A DNA stretch of 63,896 nt, the filler included, from Candidatus Eiseniibacteriota bacterium (lineage in GTDB: Bacteria > Orphanbacterota > Orphanbacteria > Orphanbacterales > Orphanbacteraceae): assembly GCA_043809585.1 (NCBI GenBank). It is 5 parts of 5 records of this genome, joined end to end, with 100 filler letters (N's around TTAATTAATTAA, not from the genome) between each part and the next. Parts side by side here need not be neighbours in the genome. Positions count along the whole stretch, not along the records: positions 1 to 13,171 come from JBDROZ010000092.1; positions 13,272 to 29,989 come from JBDROZ010000094.1; 3 more parts are not named here. One strand, 5' to 3'. This document shows positions 1 through 17,918 of the stretch, one piece after another. Position 1 is the stretch's first letter. Each line of letters opens with the position of its first letter. Under the pieces are notes generated by a model that ran no database searches, had not been told where the DNA came from, and was given only the letters and a program-made list of their open reading frames with translations. The translations under genes were made by a program, and so were the position numbers.

Positions 1-55
1 GGGTCTTCCGGATCCGGTCGCGGCCGTATCCATCGTACCCAGGGGAGAGAAGAGA

Positions 56-3838
<3,783 letters not shown>

Positions 3839-3897
3839 CGATAAGCGGGTATCCGCCCCGGGACTCGGGGCGGAGCCGGCCTGGGGGGTCTGCTCAG

Positions 3898-8014
<4,117 letters not shown>

Positions 8015-8028
<14 letters not shown>

Positions 8029-8043
8029 CGTTTTACAGACAAT
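8015..8043 (+). promoter_or_regulatory. sigma70-type promoter of the str operon
   Basis: TTGACA (8015-8020), 17 nt, GACAAT (8038-8043) upstream of rpsL, overlapping the end of rpoC. Confidence 0.55.
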
Positions 8044-8097
8044 GACAAGTCTATGCCCTTGAACTGAAACGGTTTCCGGCTCGGGAGGGTTATTCGG

Positions 8098-8472
8098 TTG
8101 CCGACGATCAATCAGCTGGTGCGAAAAGGCCGTAAGGCCTTGAAAAAGAAGACGAAAGCTCCGGCGCTCCAGGCGTGCCCCCAGAAGCGGGGGGTCTGTA
8201 CTCGCGTCTACACGACCTCGCCGAAGAAGCCGAACTCGGCCCTCCGCAAGGTGGCCAGGGTCCGGCTCCAGAACGGGATCGAGGTGACGAGCTACATCCC
8301 GGGCGAGGGGCACAATCTCCAGGAGCACTCGCTGGTGCTGGTCCGCGGGGGCCGGGTCAAGGACCTGCCCGGCGTGCGTTATCACATCATCCGGGGGGCC
8401 CTGGACGCCTCCGGGGTGGAAGGTCGGAGTCAGCGTCGTTCCAAGTACGGAACGAGGAAGCCGAAGAAGTAG
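8098..8472 (+). CDS. rpsL: 30S ribosomal protein S12
   Basis: MPTINQLVR...[10 protein letters not shown]...[15 protein letters not shown] start with GGGAGG RBS. Confidence 0.99.
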   Translation: MPTINQLVRKGRKALKKKTKAPALQACPQKRGVCTRVYTTSPKKPNSALRKVARVRLQNGIEVTSYIPGEGHNLQEHSLVLVRGGRVKDLPGVRYHIIRGALDASGVEGRSQRRSKYGTRKPKK

Positions 8473-8474
8473 GG

Positions 8475-8945
8475 ATGCCCAGGAAGAAATACGTCAGGAA
8501 ACAGGAACCAATCCCGGATTCGGTGCATGGGAGCCTTCTCGCTACCAAGTTCATCAACTCGCTCATGGGCGGCGGCAAGAAGAGCACGGCGGAACAGATC
8601 TTCTACGGAGCGCTGGACATCATCGAGGAGAAGAGCGGCCAGCCGGGTCTTCAGGTCTTCAAGCAGGCCATGACGAACGCGAAGCCGGTCCTCGAGGTCA
8701 AGTCCCGCCGGGTCGGCGGCGCCACATACCAGGTGCCGGTCGAAGTTCGCCCGGAACGCCGGACCTCTCTGGCCATCCGTTGGATCATCACGTACGCCAA
8801 GGGCCGCTCGGAGAAGTCGATGCGCGAGAAACTGGCCGCGGAGTTCCTCGCCGCCTCCCGCAAGGAGGGGGCCACGATCAAGAAGAGAGAGGACACGCAC
8901 AAGATGGCGGAAGCCAACAAGGCCTTCGCCCATTACCGCTGGTAG
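8475..8945 (+). CDS. rpsG: 30S ribosomal protein S7
   Basis: ATG 8475 (MPRKK...), [26 protein letters not shown]. Confidence 0.98.
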   Translation: MPRKKYVRKQEPIPDSVHGSLLATKFINSLMGGGKKSTAEQIFYGALDIIEEKSGQPGLQVFKQAMTNAKPVLEVKSRRVGGATYQVPVEVRPERRTSLAIRWIITYAKGRSEKSMREKLAAEFLAASRKEGATIKKREDTHKMAEANKAFAHYRW

Positions 8946-9116
8946 TCACGGGGTACGGTCTGCATCCGTGCCCGAGAGGGTCGGAATCGGGTTTGAACTT
9001 GACGAAAGTCACGAAGAACCTCCTGCTTTCGAACGATTTGCGCGCGGATGCGCGCTTGATTCCGTGTGTGCCGCCTCCGGAAAGTCCTGGGTGCGGAACC
9101 GAGAGAGAGAGCCGTC

Positions 9117-11198
9117 ATGGGTCGCCAGCACTCGCTCGAGAATACGCGCAACATCGGTATCATGGCGCATATCGATGCGGGGAAGACGACCACCACGGAA
9201 CGCATTCTCTTTTATACCGGCCGGGTTCACCGCATGGGCGAGGTGCACGACGGCACTACGGCCATGGATTGGATGGAACTCGAAAGGGAACGCGGAATCA
9301 CCATCACCTCGGCCGCGACCACCTGCTTCTGGAAAGACTGCAGGGTTAACATTATCGACACACCGGGGCACGTGGACTTCACCATGGAGGTGGAGCGCTC
9401 GCTTCGGGTGCTGGACGGCGCAGTCGCGGTTTTTTGCGCCGTCGGGGGCGTGGAACCCCAGTCCGAGACGGTCTGGCGCCAGGCGGACAAGTATCATATT
9501 CCGCGCCTCGCGTTCATCAATAAGATGGACCGGGTGGGGGCCGATTTTCGCCGGGCCGTGCGGATGATGCGGGAAAAGCTGGGGGCGAACGCGGTCCCCA
9601 TGCAGCTCCCGGTCGGCGAAGGGGAAGGATTCCGGGGACTGATCGACCTGGTGCGGATGAAGATGGTGGTCTACGACTCGGAAAAATTGGGCGTCTCGTT
9701 CCGAGAGGGGGAAATCCCGTCGGACATGCGGGATGCGGCGGAAACCGCCCGAGGCGAGCTTTTCGAGGCGATCGCCGAGCACGACGACGGCTTTCTCGAA
9801 AAGTACGTCGAGGGCAAGCCGGTCTCCGGTGCGGACATCCAGCGGGCCCTCCGGGCGGCCGTGTGCGGTGTGCACGTGATGCCGGTGCTCTGCGGGTCGG
9901 CTCTGAAGAACACGGGGGTACAGAGATTGCTCGACTCGATCGTCGATTACCTTCCGTCCCCCCTGGACGTGCCTCCGGTTTCGGGTCTCCATCCCCAGAC
10001 GGAGGACGGTGTCGTGCGGAAGGCGAGCGACTCGGACCCGTTCTGCGCCCTGGCTTTCAAGATCAGCGCCGACTACTACGTCGGCAAGCTCTCCTATCTC
10101 CGGGCCTACTCGGGGACCTTGAAGAGCGGTGACCAGATCCTGAACCCGCGAACGGGGCGGAAAGAGCGGATCGGGCGGCTTCTCCAGATGCACGCGAACA
10201 AGCAGCAGGAGATCCGCGAGATCTACGCCGGCGACATCGTGGCGGCCGTGGGACTCAAGAACGTATCCACCGGGGACACCCTCTGCGAGGAGGCCCATCC
10301 GATCGTTCTCGAGTCGATGACCTTCGCGGCGCCGGTGATCTCGGTGGCCATCGAGCCGAAGACGAAAGCGGACGAGGAGAAGCTGAACTCGTCCCTCGAG
10401 AAGATGGCGGAGGAGGACCCGACCTTTCGCTACCGCGTGGACGAGGACACGGGCCAGACGATCATTTCCGGAATGGGCGAGCTTCACATCGACGTGATCA
10501 CCACGCGCATGGCCCGGGAGTTCGGGGTCGGCGCGAACGTCGGCAAGCCGCAGGTCGCGTATCGCGAGACGATCCGAGGCGCGGGCCGCTCGGATATGAA
10601 GTTCGAGCGCCAGGCGGGCGGCCGCGGCCAGTACGCCCACGTGGTGATCGAAGTGGAGCCGGCCGGCGTGGATGAAGGCCTCGTCTTCGAGAACGGTATT
10701 CCGACGGAGGTGATTCCGAAGGAGTTCATCCCCGCCGTGGAGCAAGGGCTTCGGGGGGCGATGGGGAGCGGTGTCTTGGCCGGCTACGAGATGACCGGCG
10801 TGAAGGCGAAGCTCGTGGGTGGTTCGTACCACGACACGGACTCGACGGACGCCGCCTTCGCGGGCGCCGCTTCCATGGCGCTCCAGGAGGCGATCCGGAA
10901 CGCGGAACCCGCCCTCCTCGAGCCGGTGATGGAAGTGGAAGTCGTGGTGCCCGAGGAGTACCTCGGGGCGGTGATCGGCGATCTGAACGGGCGCCGGGGC
11001 CAGATTTCGGGATCCGTTCAGCGCGCGGACGCCAAAGTGGTTACGGCGGTCGTCCCGCTCGTGGAGATGTTCGGGTACTCGACCTCGATTCGGTCGCTGA
11101 CCCAGGGACGCGCCATCTACACCATGCAGTTCCTCCGGTACGAAGACGTGCCGAAGCGGATCGCGGAAGCGATGATCAACCGCATGAGGGGCCTGTAG
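9117..11198 (+). CDS. fusA: Elongation factor G
   Basis: [37 protein letters not shown]; str-operon position; ATG 9117 chosen. Confidence 0.96.
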   Translation: MGRQHSLENTRNIGIMAHIDAGKTTTTERILFYTGRVHRMGEVHDGTTAMDWMELERERGITITSAATTCFWKDCRVNIIDTPGHVDFTMEVERSLRVLDGAVAVFCAVGGVEPQSETVWRQADKYHIPRLAFINKMDRVGADFRRAVRMMREKLGANAVPMQLPVGEGEGFRGLIDLVRMKMVVYDSEKLGVSFREGEIPSDMRDAAETARGELFEAIAEHDDGFLEKYVEGKPVSGADIQRALRAAVCGVHVMPVLCGSALKNTGVQRLLDSIVDYLPSPLDVPPVSGLHPQTEDGVVRKASDSDPFCALAFKISADYYVGKLSYLRAYSGTLKSGDQILNPRTGRKERIGRLLQMHANKQQEIREIYAGDIVAAVGLKNVSTGDTLCEEAHPIVLESMTFAAPVISVAIEPKTKADEEKLNSSLEKMAEEDPTFRYRVDEDTGQTIISGMGELHIDVITTRMAREFGVGANVGKPQVAYRETIRGAGRSDMKFERQAGGRGQYAHVVIEVEPAGVDEGLVFENGIPTEVIPKEFIPAVEQGLRGAMGSGVLAGYEMTGVKAKLVGGSYHDTDSTDAAFAGAASMALQEAIRNAEPALLEPVMEVEVVVPEEYLGAVIGDLNGRRGQISGSVQRADAKVVTAVVPLVEMFGYSTSIRSLTQGRAIYTMQFLRYEDVPKRIAEAMINRMRGL

Positions 11199-11360
11199 GG
11201 GCGCGAAGAAAACAGAATACGACGGGCGCGGCGTACGGGGCGGTTTGGCTCGGAGCCCGCGCGGCGCCCGGAGTTCGATGCGATGCGGCGCCCCGAGCGG
11301 GGGCGGGCAAGCCATTCGACCGGTAGGCGCGGCGGAGCCGACGCCGCGGAGGTGATGAGC

Positions 11361-11669
11361 GTGGCAGGTCAGAGGATTCGAATTCGATTGCGCGCCTACG
11401 ATCATGAGGTTCTCGACAAGTCGACGGCCGAGATCGTTCAGACGGCGAAGAGGACCGGCGCCCGCATCGCGGGACCCATCCCCCTTCCCACGAAGAGGAC
11501 GGTCTACACCGTCCTCCGGTCGCCCCATATCGACAAGAAGTCGCGGGAGCAGTTCGAGATCCGGACGCACAAGCGCCTGGTCGAGATCTACGACTCCACG
11601 CCGCAGACGATCGACGCCCTCGGGCGCCTCGATCTCCCGGCCGGTGTCGATATCGAGATCAAGGTCTAG
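11361..11669 (+). CDS. rpsJ: 30S ribosomal protein S10
   Basis: [15 protein letters not shown]...GPIPLPT...KSREQFE; GTG start after GGAGGTGA. Confidence 0.98.
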   Translation: MAGQRIRIRLRAYDHEVLDKSTAEIVQTAKRTGARIAGPIPLPTKRTVYTVLRSPHIDKKSREQFEIRTHKRLVEIYDSTPQTIDALGRLDLPAGVDIEIKV

Positions 11670-11679
11670 GGAGCGAGTC

Positions 11680-12309
11680 ATGGCGGAAGCGACTCTACAG
11701 ACGTTCGACGGCCAGGCGAAGGGGGCGGTCAAACTCCCCGATCATACCTTCGGCATCGAGCCGAAGGAGCAGGCCGTCTACGAGACGGTGAAGTGCATCC
11801 TGGCGAACCAGCGCCAAGGCACCTCCTCCACGAAGACCCGCCACGAGGTGAGCGGCTCGGACGCCCGCCCCTGGCGCCAGAAAGGCACCGGGCGCGCCCG
11901 GGCCGGAACGAGCACCTCGCCCCTCTGGATCGGCGGCGGCCGGATTCACGGGCCGAAACCGCGGGACTTTTCCATCAAGGTCCCGCGAAAGGTTCGGCGT
12001 CTCGCCCTGAAGTCGGTTCTCTCGGACAAGGCCAAGAACGGCGCGATCACGGTCGTCGATGATTGCCCCGTGATGGACGCTCCGAAGACAAAGCCCTTCG
12101 CCGACTTCTGGAAGAGCGTGGCGAAGAACAACGAGAAGTGCCTCCTCGTGGTGGAGAAGTACGACGCGAACTTGTTCAAGTCGGTCGAGAATCTCGCCCG
12201 GCTTTTCGTGACGACGGCGAACAACCTGAACACCTTCGACGCCATCAACGTGGGGCGGATCGTCTTCACGGCGAAGGCGCTCGAGGTGTTCGTAGAGAAG
12301 GCGGAGTAG
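11680..12309 (+). CDS. rplD: 50S ribosomal protein L4
   Basis: RQGTSSTKTRHEVSG...PWRQKGTGRARAG...GPKPRD; ATG 10 nt after the rpsJ stop. Confidence 0.97.
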   Translation: MAEATLQTFDGQAKGAVKLPDHTFGIEPKEQAVYETVKCILANQRQGTSSTKTRHEVSGSDARPWRQKGTGRARAGTSTSPLWIGGGRIHGPKPRDFSIKVPRKVRRLALKSVLSDKAKNGAITVVDDCPVMDAPKTKPFADFWKSVAKNNEKCLLVVEKYDANLFKSVENLARLFVTTANNLNTFDAINVGRIVFTAKALEVFVEKAE

Positions 12310-12313
12310 GGCC

Positions 12314-12601
12314 ATGGACGCGAGACAGATCATCCTTCGGCCCGTGGTGACGGAGAAGACCTCCAACATGCGCGAGGCGGACCGGAAGTACGTGTTCGAG
12401 GTCGCGTCGCGGGCGAACAAGATCCAGATCAAGGGCGCCGTGGAGGAGATCTTCAAGGTTCACGTGGACAACGTGAGCACGTGGTACAAGCGGGGTAAGA
12501 TCCGGCGCCGCGGGCGGTTCGCGGGAAAGACCCCGGACCGGAAGCGGGCATCCGTAACCCTTCGCGAGGGAGAGAGCATCCCGATCTTCGAGCAGGTCTA
12601 G
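12314..12601 (+). CDS. rplW: 50S ribosomal protein L23
   Basis: IILRPVVTEK...YVFEV...ANKIQIKGAVEEIF. Confidence 0.97.
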   Translation: MDARQIILRPVVTEKTSNMREADRKYVFEVASRANKIQIKGAVEEIFKVHVDNVSTWYKRGKIRRRGRFAGKTPDRKRASVTLREGESIPIFEQV

Positions 12602-12634
12602 CCTGCGGCGTGATCGAGAGAGGGAACTGAGGTC

Positions 12635-13171
12635 ATGGGCATTCGGAAATTCAAACCGACCACGCCGACGCTCCGGTTCACGGCGATCTCCGATTTCGCG
12701 GAGGTCACCAAGGACAGGCCGAACAAGGCGCTGATCAAGCCCCTCAAGAGTTCGGGCGGGCGAAACAACCATGGGCGGATCACGATGCGGTGGCGGGGCG
12801 GCGGCCACAAGCGGCGCTACCGTATGATCGATTTCCGCCGGGACAAGGGCGGCGTGCCGGGCAAGGTCGAGGCGATCGAGTACGATCCGAACCGGTCGGC
12901 CCGGATCGCGCTCGTGCTTTACGCCGACGGCGAGCGCCGGTACATCCTCGCGCCTAACGGCGTGAACGTGGGGCATCCGGTCGAGGACGGACCGGACTCG
13001 GAGATCCGCGACGGGAACACGCTGCCGATCCGGCGGATTCCCCTCGGGAGCCAGATCCACAACATCGAGATGCGTCCCGGCAAGGGGGGCCAAATCGCCC
13101 GGAGCGCGGGCTCCTTCGCCCAACTCCTCGCGAAGGAGGGTGGCTACGCCGTTCTCCGCCTTCCGTCGGGC
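12635..13171 (+). CDS. rplB: 50S ribosomal protein L2 (3' truncated at contig end)
   Basis: GRNNHGRIT...[13 protein letters not shown]...[12 protein letters not shown]. Confidence 0.98.
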
Positions 13172-13271
13172 NNNNNNNNNNNNNNNNNNNNNNNNNNNNN
13201 NNNNNNNNNNNNNNNTTAATTAATTAANNNNNNNNNNNNNNNNNNNNNNNNNNNNNNNNNNNNNNNNNNNN
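13172..13271. other. Contig linker (N-run with TTAATTAATTAA)
   Basis: 100-nt artificial spacer with stops in all frames. Confidence 0.99.
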
Positions 13272-13879
13272 TGCATCTCCTGAAGGTAGGTCGGCACGGG
13301 CGCGGCGAAGAGGCGGTCCGTGTAGCCGAACGCCTCCTCTCCCTCGAGGGTGTAGTTCAGGATGAGCACGCACGGGACGGGAATGCCGTCGAAGCGGAAG
13401 ACCAGATCCTTCACACGCTGGTAGATCTCCCCTTCCTCCGGATACGCGGACCGGACCTCGATGAGATCCCCCGGCATCTCGACCCGCTTCCCTTCCCGGT
13501 TCACCACCTCGGCGCTGTGGTGGGCGATCACCTGGCCCGCCCAGTAGGGAACGACGTACTCGCGCATGGCGGCGGCGCCCGCCTCGTCGAGAACGGCGAA
13601 CTTCTTCGTGTAGCGGTTGATGGTGGTGTACTTCGATCCGAGGGCCACCTCGGCGCTCCGGTCCGACGAGAGACCGCCCCGCTCCGTATCCGACACGTCC
13701 CGGCGCTGCACGTCGCCGGTGTATTCGGCGTCCACCACCAACTTGTCCTGAAGACAAACGAGACTCTGGCCCGCGTACTTCCGAGAGATGTCATTCCAGA
13801 GATTCTCGGTGCGCTGTCCCCCGTCGGCGGCCCCGAAGAGAAGCAGAAACGCGGCCAGACCGAGGGCGACCCGCGTCAT
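13272..13879 (-). CDS. Secreted DUF3857-like (transglutaminase-associated) protein, 3' truncated
   Basis: Signal peptide MTRVALGLAAFLLLFGAA; TINRYTKKFAVLDEAG and LVFRFDGIPVPCVLILNY resemble DUF3857. Confidence 0.55.
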
Positions 13880-14009
13880 CTTCCTTCCGATCTCGTCCCG
13901 TTTCCCATGATTGCGAACTCGCACTTCCGCTCCTCCTCCAAAAAGGTCGCCCCGCGCCGGTACGACGGGCCCATCGCTCCCGTGGGACTTGATCGAAGCC
14001 GGCGGACGA

Positions 14010-14255
14010 TCAAAGGCAGTCCTCTTCGTCGTCCTCCTCGACGTCGTCTCCGTCCGCTTTCTTCTCCGGTTTTTCTCCTTCGAAATCCAGATCGTCGTCG
14101 AACTCCTCGTCGTACGACTCACCGGTCATTTCGCCGTAACAAATCTGGCAGACGTAATAGCCTTCGTGATCTTGCGCGCATTCCTCGCAGATCCATGAAT
14201 CGCACCGATAGCAATTCTCGATCGCGTTCGCGCTCCCGCAGGTCGCGCAGGTCAT
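14010..14255 (-). CDS. Small Cys-rich zinc-binding protein with acidic tail
   Basis: 81 aa with four CxxC pairs, D/E-rich C-terminus, GGAGGTGA RBS upstream. Confidence 0.75.
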   Translation of the reverse strand: MTCATCGSANAIENCYRCDSWICEECAQDHEGYYVCQICYGEMTGESYDEEFDDDLDFEGEKPEKKADGDDVEEDDEEDCL

Positions 14256-14500
14256 GGCGACTCACTCACCTCCCTCTTCCGATGGGCCCTTCCCGCCCAC
14301 CGGCGGACCGTCTCCCGGCCCCGGGAACGTCTCACTATCCCCCATCCGAAGGGAGAACGCTACTCCTTCCGGTTTGGCGAAAACCGGGGGAAAGACCTCC
14401 CCCGGACCTCCGGCCCCGAAGGGGGCGGAGACATGTCTCGAATCGACTCGAGATACAAGCCGTTATCCGTTGCAAAAACAGCCGTTATGGCTCAACGTAT

Positions 14501-15154
14501 CTACATGTCGAACTGGTCCCCGGGCTTCATGACCAGCACATCCGTGTGCTTCCGGGCGAGCCGCGCGAAGCGGTCCGGCGAGGCGTCGATCACCGGAAAG
14601 GTCCCGTAATGAATCGGGACCGCCCGCTTTGCCTTCACCATCTCCACCGCCTTCGCCGCCGACGGAGCACCCATGGTGAACCGGTCCCCGCAGGGAACCA
14701 GCACCAGGTCGATGTCGAAGAACTCGGGAAGCAGGGCCATGTCGGCCATGAGCCCCGTGTCGCCCATATGATATACCGTCTTGCCGTCCATCTCGACGAT
14801 CATCCCCGTCGGGGCCGATCCCGGGGACGAGTGCGTCGCCGCCACCATGGAGAACCGGACGCCTCCCGTCTCGATGCTGCCGCCGATGTTCATCGGCTCC
14901 ACGGGGAGGCCCTTCCCCTCCGCTTCGCTCGTCACCTCGAAGATGGAGACCACCGTGGCCCCCGTCGCCTCGGCGATGTCGAAGGCGTCGCCGATGTGGT
15001 CGCCGTGGCCGTGGGTGACGACGACGAAGTCGCACTCGGTGACGTCCTTCGCCGCGATCGCGGCGGCCGGGTTCCCCGTGAGGAACGGGTCGATCAGGAT
15101 CTTCTTGCTTCCCTCGAGCATCACGGCCGAGTGGCCGAGCCAGCGGACCTTCAT
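14501..15154 (-). CDS. Metallo-beta-lactamase-fold hydrolase (UPF0173-like)
   Basis: WLGHS, IDPFLTGNP, THGHGDH, YHMGDT, PIHYGTFP. Confidence 0.9.
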   Translation of the reverse strand: MKVRWLGHSAVMLEGSKKILIDPFLTGNPAAAIAAKDVTECDFVVVTHGHGDHIGDAFDIAEATGATVVSIFEVTSEAEGKGLPVEPMNIGGSIETGGVRFSMVAATHSSPGSAPTGMIVEMDGKTVYHMGDTGLMADMALLPEFFDIDLVLVPCGDRFTMGAPSAAKAVEMVKAKRAVPIHYGTFPVIDASPDRFARLARKHTDVLVMKPGDQFDM

Positions 15155-15292
15155 GGCGTCCCCCCTTCTCGCTTTCGAACCGGACATTGTGAGGGTAAGT
15201 ATATCGCGGGGACGGGATTGGGGCAACCACTCCGGGGGGGGCGGATTCCAGTCTCCGACGGTCGAGACGGTCGAATCGGGGCCGATGAAAAT

Positions 15293-15482
15293 ACTCGTAC
15301 GGGCAGGTCCTGTCCGGGGGGACGGGGGGTGGATGGCGGCTCAGACAAGCCGTCCGCGCCTACTCGATCTTCCGGTGGCCGGCATGGAGCCCGCCGGCGC
15401 TCCCGGCAACTCGCCGCTTCATCCGCCCCCCGTCCCCCCGGCCACCCGCCCGTCGTTGCGAATTCTCGGCAAGGACTGCCGG
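15293..15482 (+). repeat. Structured intergenic repeat, family A, copy 1
   Basis: Shares GGATGGCGGCTCAGACA, AACTCGCCGCTTCATCC and CGGCAAGGACTGCCG with 51041-51235; long internal stem. Confidence 0.85.
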
Positions 15483-15747
15483 CGCGGAACTTGGTCCGGA
15501 AAGACGGCAGGTGGCCGGCGGGACCTTACTGGGGATGAACGAAGGCGTGGTTGCCCCATTTGAAGATGAGAAAAGGGACTGCCTTCCCGGGTGTTCGAAG
15601 GTCGTCTTCGTGTTGGCCGCGCCCGGTTCGGAGAGCCGCGCCGATGGGGAGACCCGAGCGCGGTACGAACGAACGAAGAAGCCCGGTGCGCCCAGGTGGG
15701 CGGACGCCACACCCCCCCCACCTCCACTTCTCGGCCGGGGCCGAGTC

Positions 15748-15956
15748 TCTTCGGCAGTCCTTGCTGATCATTCCCCGCCACGGGCGGGTGGCTGCGGCAG
15801 GGGTCCGCGAGGAGCGCAGCCACCAAGCGCCCGAGTTCGCGTGCTCCTTCGACAGCGAAGAACAGATGGGACGGACCGGCTGAGCGATCCGTCCCCGTCA
15901 AAGCGCGACTGGCGAGCACTGCAGCGGACAGCCGCAGACAGGACCCGACCGTACTC
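15748..15956 (-). repeat. Structured intergenic repeat, family A, copy 2 (inverted)
   Basis: Reverse complement reads GAGTACGGTCGGGTCCTGTC...GCCACCCGCCCGTGG...GAATGATCAGCAAGGACTGCCGAAG; its 5' ~55 nt match 50822-50876. Confidence 0.8.
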
Positions 15957-15973
15957 CTACTATCAGAACTCGC

Positions 15974-16945
15974 CTACGACCCGGACGAGAAGTGGAACGA
16001 ATAGCGCACGACCGTCTCGCACCCCGGCTCCGGTCCGAAGCTCCACTCCCGGATCCGCGACAGGATGCACTCTTCCATCTCCGGGTCGTGGAAGCCCCGA
16101 CCCGTCACCTCCGCGAACGTCACGGTCCCCCCCGGATCGATGATGAACCGGACGCCGACCTCCCCCTCCCGGTCCGGATCGCCGAGAAGGCTCCGATTGT
16201 AACAGCCCCGGACGCCTCCGCGATGCCCGAGAACGACGGTGGCGATCGAGTGCTCGTCCCGGCAGCTCCCTCCTTCGATGAACGGCAGATCGTCGCCGTC
16301 GCCGAGGGCGCCCCTCTTCTCGAGCACCAGCGCCTCGCCGCTCCCGTCGCCGAAGGAGGCGACCAGGTCCTCGGCCCGCTGCGTCGCCTTGCCGCCCCCG
16401 AAGCCGCTCCCGATCCCCTCGCCGAAACCGATCCCGGGCTCCCCCTTCGCGGGACCGCCCGCGTTGCGTCGCGTCTCGCCCACGCCCCGGAGAACCTGGG
16501 CGATGCCGTCCGACGCGTGGGTCACGCCCCCCTCCACCGAGGAGACCCGCGTCCCCGTGTCGCTCCCCGAAGAGCGGCCGAGCACGCCGAGCTTCGTCAC
16601 CCGGGCGAGGGGATCGCCGCCGCCCCCGCCGCTCTTCCGCCCCTCCGGGGGTTTCTCGCCGTCCGGGCTCCCCGGCTTCCGGACCACGACTTTCGACGGC
16701 GCCGGCGGCACCGGATCGGGCGGACGGATGGCGAGAAGCGCCTTCGGCGTCTCCTCGGCGAGGGTGAGCGTGATCGCTTGGCGTTCGTCCACCGTGTAGA
16801 TCCCCGGGGCGATCGCCTCGATGTCGGTGCTCAGGATGCCGACGCCGATCACCAGATGCGCGGCGAGGGAAACGAGGCCGATGCGCCGGAGCCGGCGGTT
16901 GTCCTCCCCCGCGATCCGGGTCAGCCGGTCCGGGTCCGTCATCAC
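15974..16945 (-). CDS. TonB-like protein with AgmX/PglI-type C-terminal domain (GltG-like)
   Basis: N-terminal TM, Pro/Gly-rich linker, C-terminal VRGCYNRSL..DP..EGEVGVRFII..G.V...CI...IREWSF..VRYSFHF. Confidence 0.75.
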   Translation of the reverse strand: MMTDPDRLTRIAGEDNRRLRRIGLVSLAAHLVIGVGILSTDIEAIAPGIYTVDERQAITLTLAEETPKALLAIRPPDPVPPAPSKVVVRKPGSPDGEKPPEGRKSGGGGGDPLARVTKLGVLGRSSGSDTGTRVSSVEGGVTHASDGIAQVLRGVGETRRNAGGPAKGEPGIGFGEGIGSGFGGGKATQRAEDLVASFGDGSGEALVLEKRGALGDGDDLPFIEGGSCRDEHSIATVVLGHRGGVRGCYNRSLLGDPDREGEVGVRFIIDPGGTVTFAEVTGRGFHDPEMEECILSRIREWSFGPEPGCETVVRYSFHFSSGS

Positions 16946-17424
16946 ACGCCTCCTTCCCCGGCGGCGCCCTCTCTCTGGTACGCCGCGAGGGCGAGATCGC
17001 CGAATCCCGCCTGGTGGCAGGTGAACAGCACACGGTAGAGGAGGCGGAACGGCACCCGCCGGTCCCCCTCGACCAGGATTCGGCGACCCGCCGGATCGCC
17101 TCCCGACGCCCGTTCGAGGGCCGCGGCGAGGCCCGGCAGGAGGAGCGGCCCGTCGGCGAGGAGATCGACCTCGAGAACGACCGTCTCCTCCCCGAGGGTG
17201 ACGCCATGCTCGGTCAGGGCGAGGACCAGATCCCCTTCCGTGACGCCTTCCTTCGAGATCGACTCGGGCAGCTCCAGATCCTGGGCGGCATGGAGCAGCG
17301 CCCCCTCCGGGGAAAACGACATCAGCAGAAAGATGAGAAGAATGGTCAGGATGTCGACCAGGGAGGTCAGCGCGAGCCCCCCGGGAGCGCCCTTCTTCCT
17401 CCTCGTCCGCCGGCCCGGTCTCAT
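16942..17424 (-). CDS. ExbD/TolR-family protein (AglS-like)
   Basis: LALTSLVDILTILLIFLL TM with conserved Asp; GDRRVPFRLL..VLFTCHQAGF. Confidence 0.85.
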   Translation of the reverse strand: MRPGRRTRRKKGAPGGLALTSLVDILTILLIFLLMSFSPEGALLHAAQDLELPESISKEGVTEGDLVLALTEHGVTLGEETVVLEVDLLADGPLLLPGLAAALERASGGDPAGRRILVEGDRRVPFRLLYRVLFTCHQAGFGDLALAAYQREGAAGEGGV

Positions 17425-17918
17425 CGCTCTCCTCCCCCGGCCGCCGGAGGCCCGTCGTGAAGGGCGGAGAGGGCGATGTCGGCGAACCCCTCGGCGCGGC
17501 AGAGGTCCATCAGCTCCACCACTTCTTCGTAGGGGATGCCCGACTCGGCGGCCACGGTCACCCGCGTCTCGCCCGGGTGCTTCTCCTTCACGCCCGCGAG
17601 CAGGACGCCGACCCGTTCGACGTCGTAGACGCCGCCCTCCCGAAGGACCGACGGAAGAAACCCGCCGTTGCCGCCGACGGTGACGCCCTCCTCGGAAACG
17701 ATCACCACGAGGTTCAGGGGGGTCGGCTCGGCGGAGCGGTTCACGCCGCTCTCGCCGCTCCCCACGGGGGGGATCTCCAGTTCGAGCACGGTGATGTTCG
17801 CGAAGACCGCCGCGAGAAGCAACACCGGCACGAGAACGGTGAAGAGGTTCATCATCGGAACCATGTCGATCTCGGCGGTCCGCTCCTTCACCGATCTTCC
17901 GCGCCCGAGGGGAATCAT
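17421..17918 (-). CDS. ExbD/TolR-family protein (AglQ-like, TM Asp replaced by Asn)
   Basis: IDMVPMMNLFTVLVPVLL; IPYEEVVELMD; ATG overlaps the upstream stop. Confidence 0.85.
   Translation of the reverse strand: MIPLGRGRSVKERTAEIDMVPMMNLFTVLVPVLLLAAVFANITVLELEIPPVGSGESGVNRSAEPTPLNLVVIVSEEGVTVGGNGGFLPSVLREGGVYDVERVGVLLAGVKEKHPGETRVTVAAESGIPYEEVVELMDLCRAEGFADIALSALHDGPPAAGGGER

Noticed and set aside
13216-13227. TTAATTAATTAA palindromes inside N-runs (four times)
   Set aside because: Artificial contig linkers, not biological
15293-15956. Repeats as a CRISPR array or integron attC sites
   Set aside because: No regularly spaced direct repeats, no cas or intI genes, no cassette arrangement
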